Source of the DNA: an uncultured Bacteroidota bacterium
GTDB lineage: Bacteria; Bacteroidota; Bacteroidia; Bacteroidales; GCA-2748055
Assembly: GCA_963735755.1 (NCBI GenBank)
Contig: CAVTME010000005.1
Span: 150,973 to 214,972 of the forward strand
Reading direction: 5' to 3'
Length of the DNA stretch: 64,000 nt
Both the position numbers and the translations under genes were made by a program. The notes below the pieces were generated by a model. The model searched no databases. It worked only from the letters and a program-made list of their open reading frames with translations, and had not been told where the DNA came from. Position 1 is the first letter of the stretch. Each line of letters starts with the position of its first letter. This document shows, piece by piece, positions 63,893 through 64,000 of the stretch.

Positions 63893-64000
63893 GGTTGGTT
63901 TTGTTTTATCCCTTGAAGTTAGGATTATTTATTTTTCTCTACAAAGTTTTTGAAGCGCTCCATGTTTAGAAGTGTATTGCCGGTGAATGCAGTTTTCATA

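Noticed and set aside
63925-64000. Minus-strand reading frame ...MKTAFTGNTLLNMERFKNFVEKNK* open to the right edge of the window
   Set aside because: It is probably the last ~24 codons of a gene that starts beyond the window. It is too short to identify or to call confidently.

Overview
This 64 kb window looks like a chromosomal segment from a Bacteroidota genome. The evidence is SusC/SusD pairs, T9SS C-terminal sorting domains, TAnnTTTG-type -7 boxes, a long NusB and DUF3276/DUF3078-type genes. It is densely coded, with about 55 genes, mostly housekeeping and cell envelope.

Left to right the window holds:
- two divergently transcribed SusC/SusD loci, the left one intact and the right one with a heavily disrupted reading frame
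- cysD-cysN
- a same-strand four-gene cluster made of two uncharacterised paralogous families (order A-B-B-A), plus an alpha/beta hydrolase and a C40 peptidase homologue
- a PgpH-like 7TM-HD protein, lolA, ftsK, and a carbamate kinase + ornithine carbamoyltransferase pair (all frame-disrupted)
- a conserved nusB-yajC-ybbR-coaE block, then mazG, phoH and purC
- a LysM protein, an NPP-type phosphodiesterase, a POT peptide transporter, nnr and pepD with an adjacent MFS transporter
- a thioredoxin-fold protein, a WYL protein without an HTH, and a 10x Asp-box (BNR/sortilin-like) protein
- a metY-metX-metH operon

I saw no rRNA, tRNA, CRISPR array, transposase or integrase.

The most interesting region is the roughly 385-nt leader of the met operon (62528-62913, minus strand). 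It contains a clear SAM-I aptamer, then a 36-codon ORF unusually rich in Met codons, then three mutually complementary CUGGCC segments, and then a 7x heptanucleotide (AGTACTC) array just upstream of the start codon.

Other points worth a second look:
- the A-B-B-A paralogue cluster
- a GTAA/GTAG-rich repeat family sitting immediately 3' of three plus-strand genes
- two discrete patches (about 6.7-13.3 kb and 20.3-28.9 kb) where nearly every gene, including essential ones, carries frameshifts while flanking long genes are intact. This points to local assembly or sequencing error rather than biology, but it needs checking.

All homology calls come from reading the translated ORFs by eye. No database search was run.
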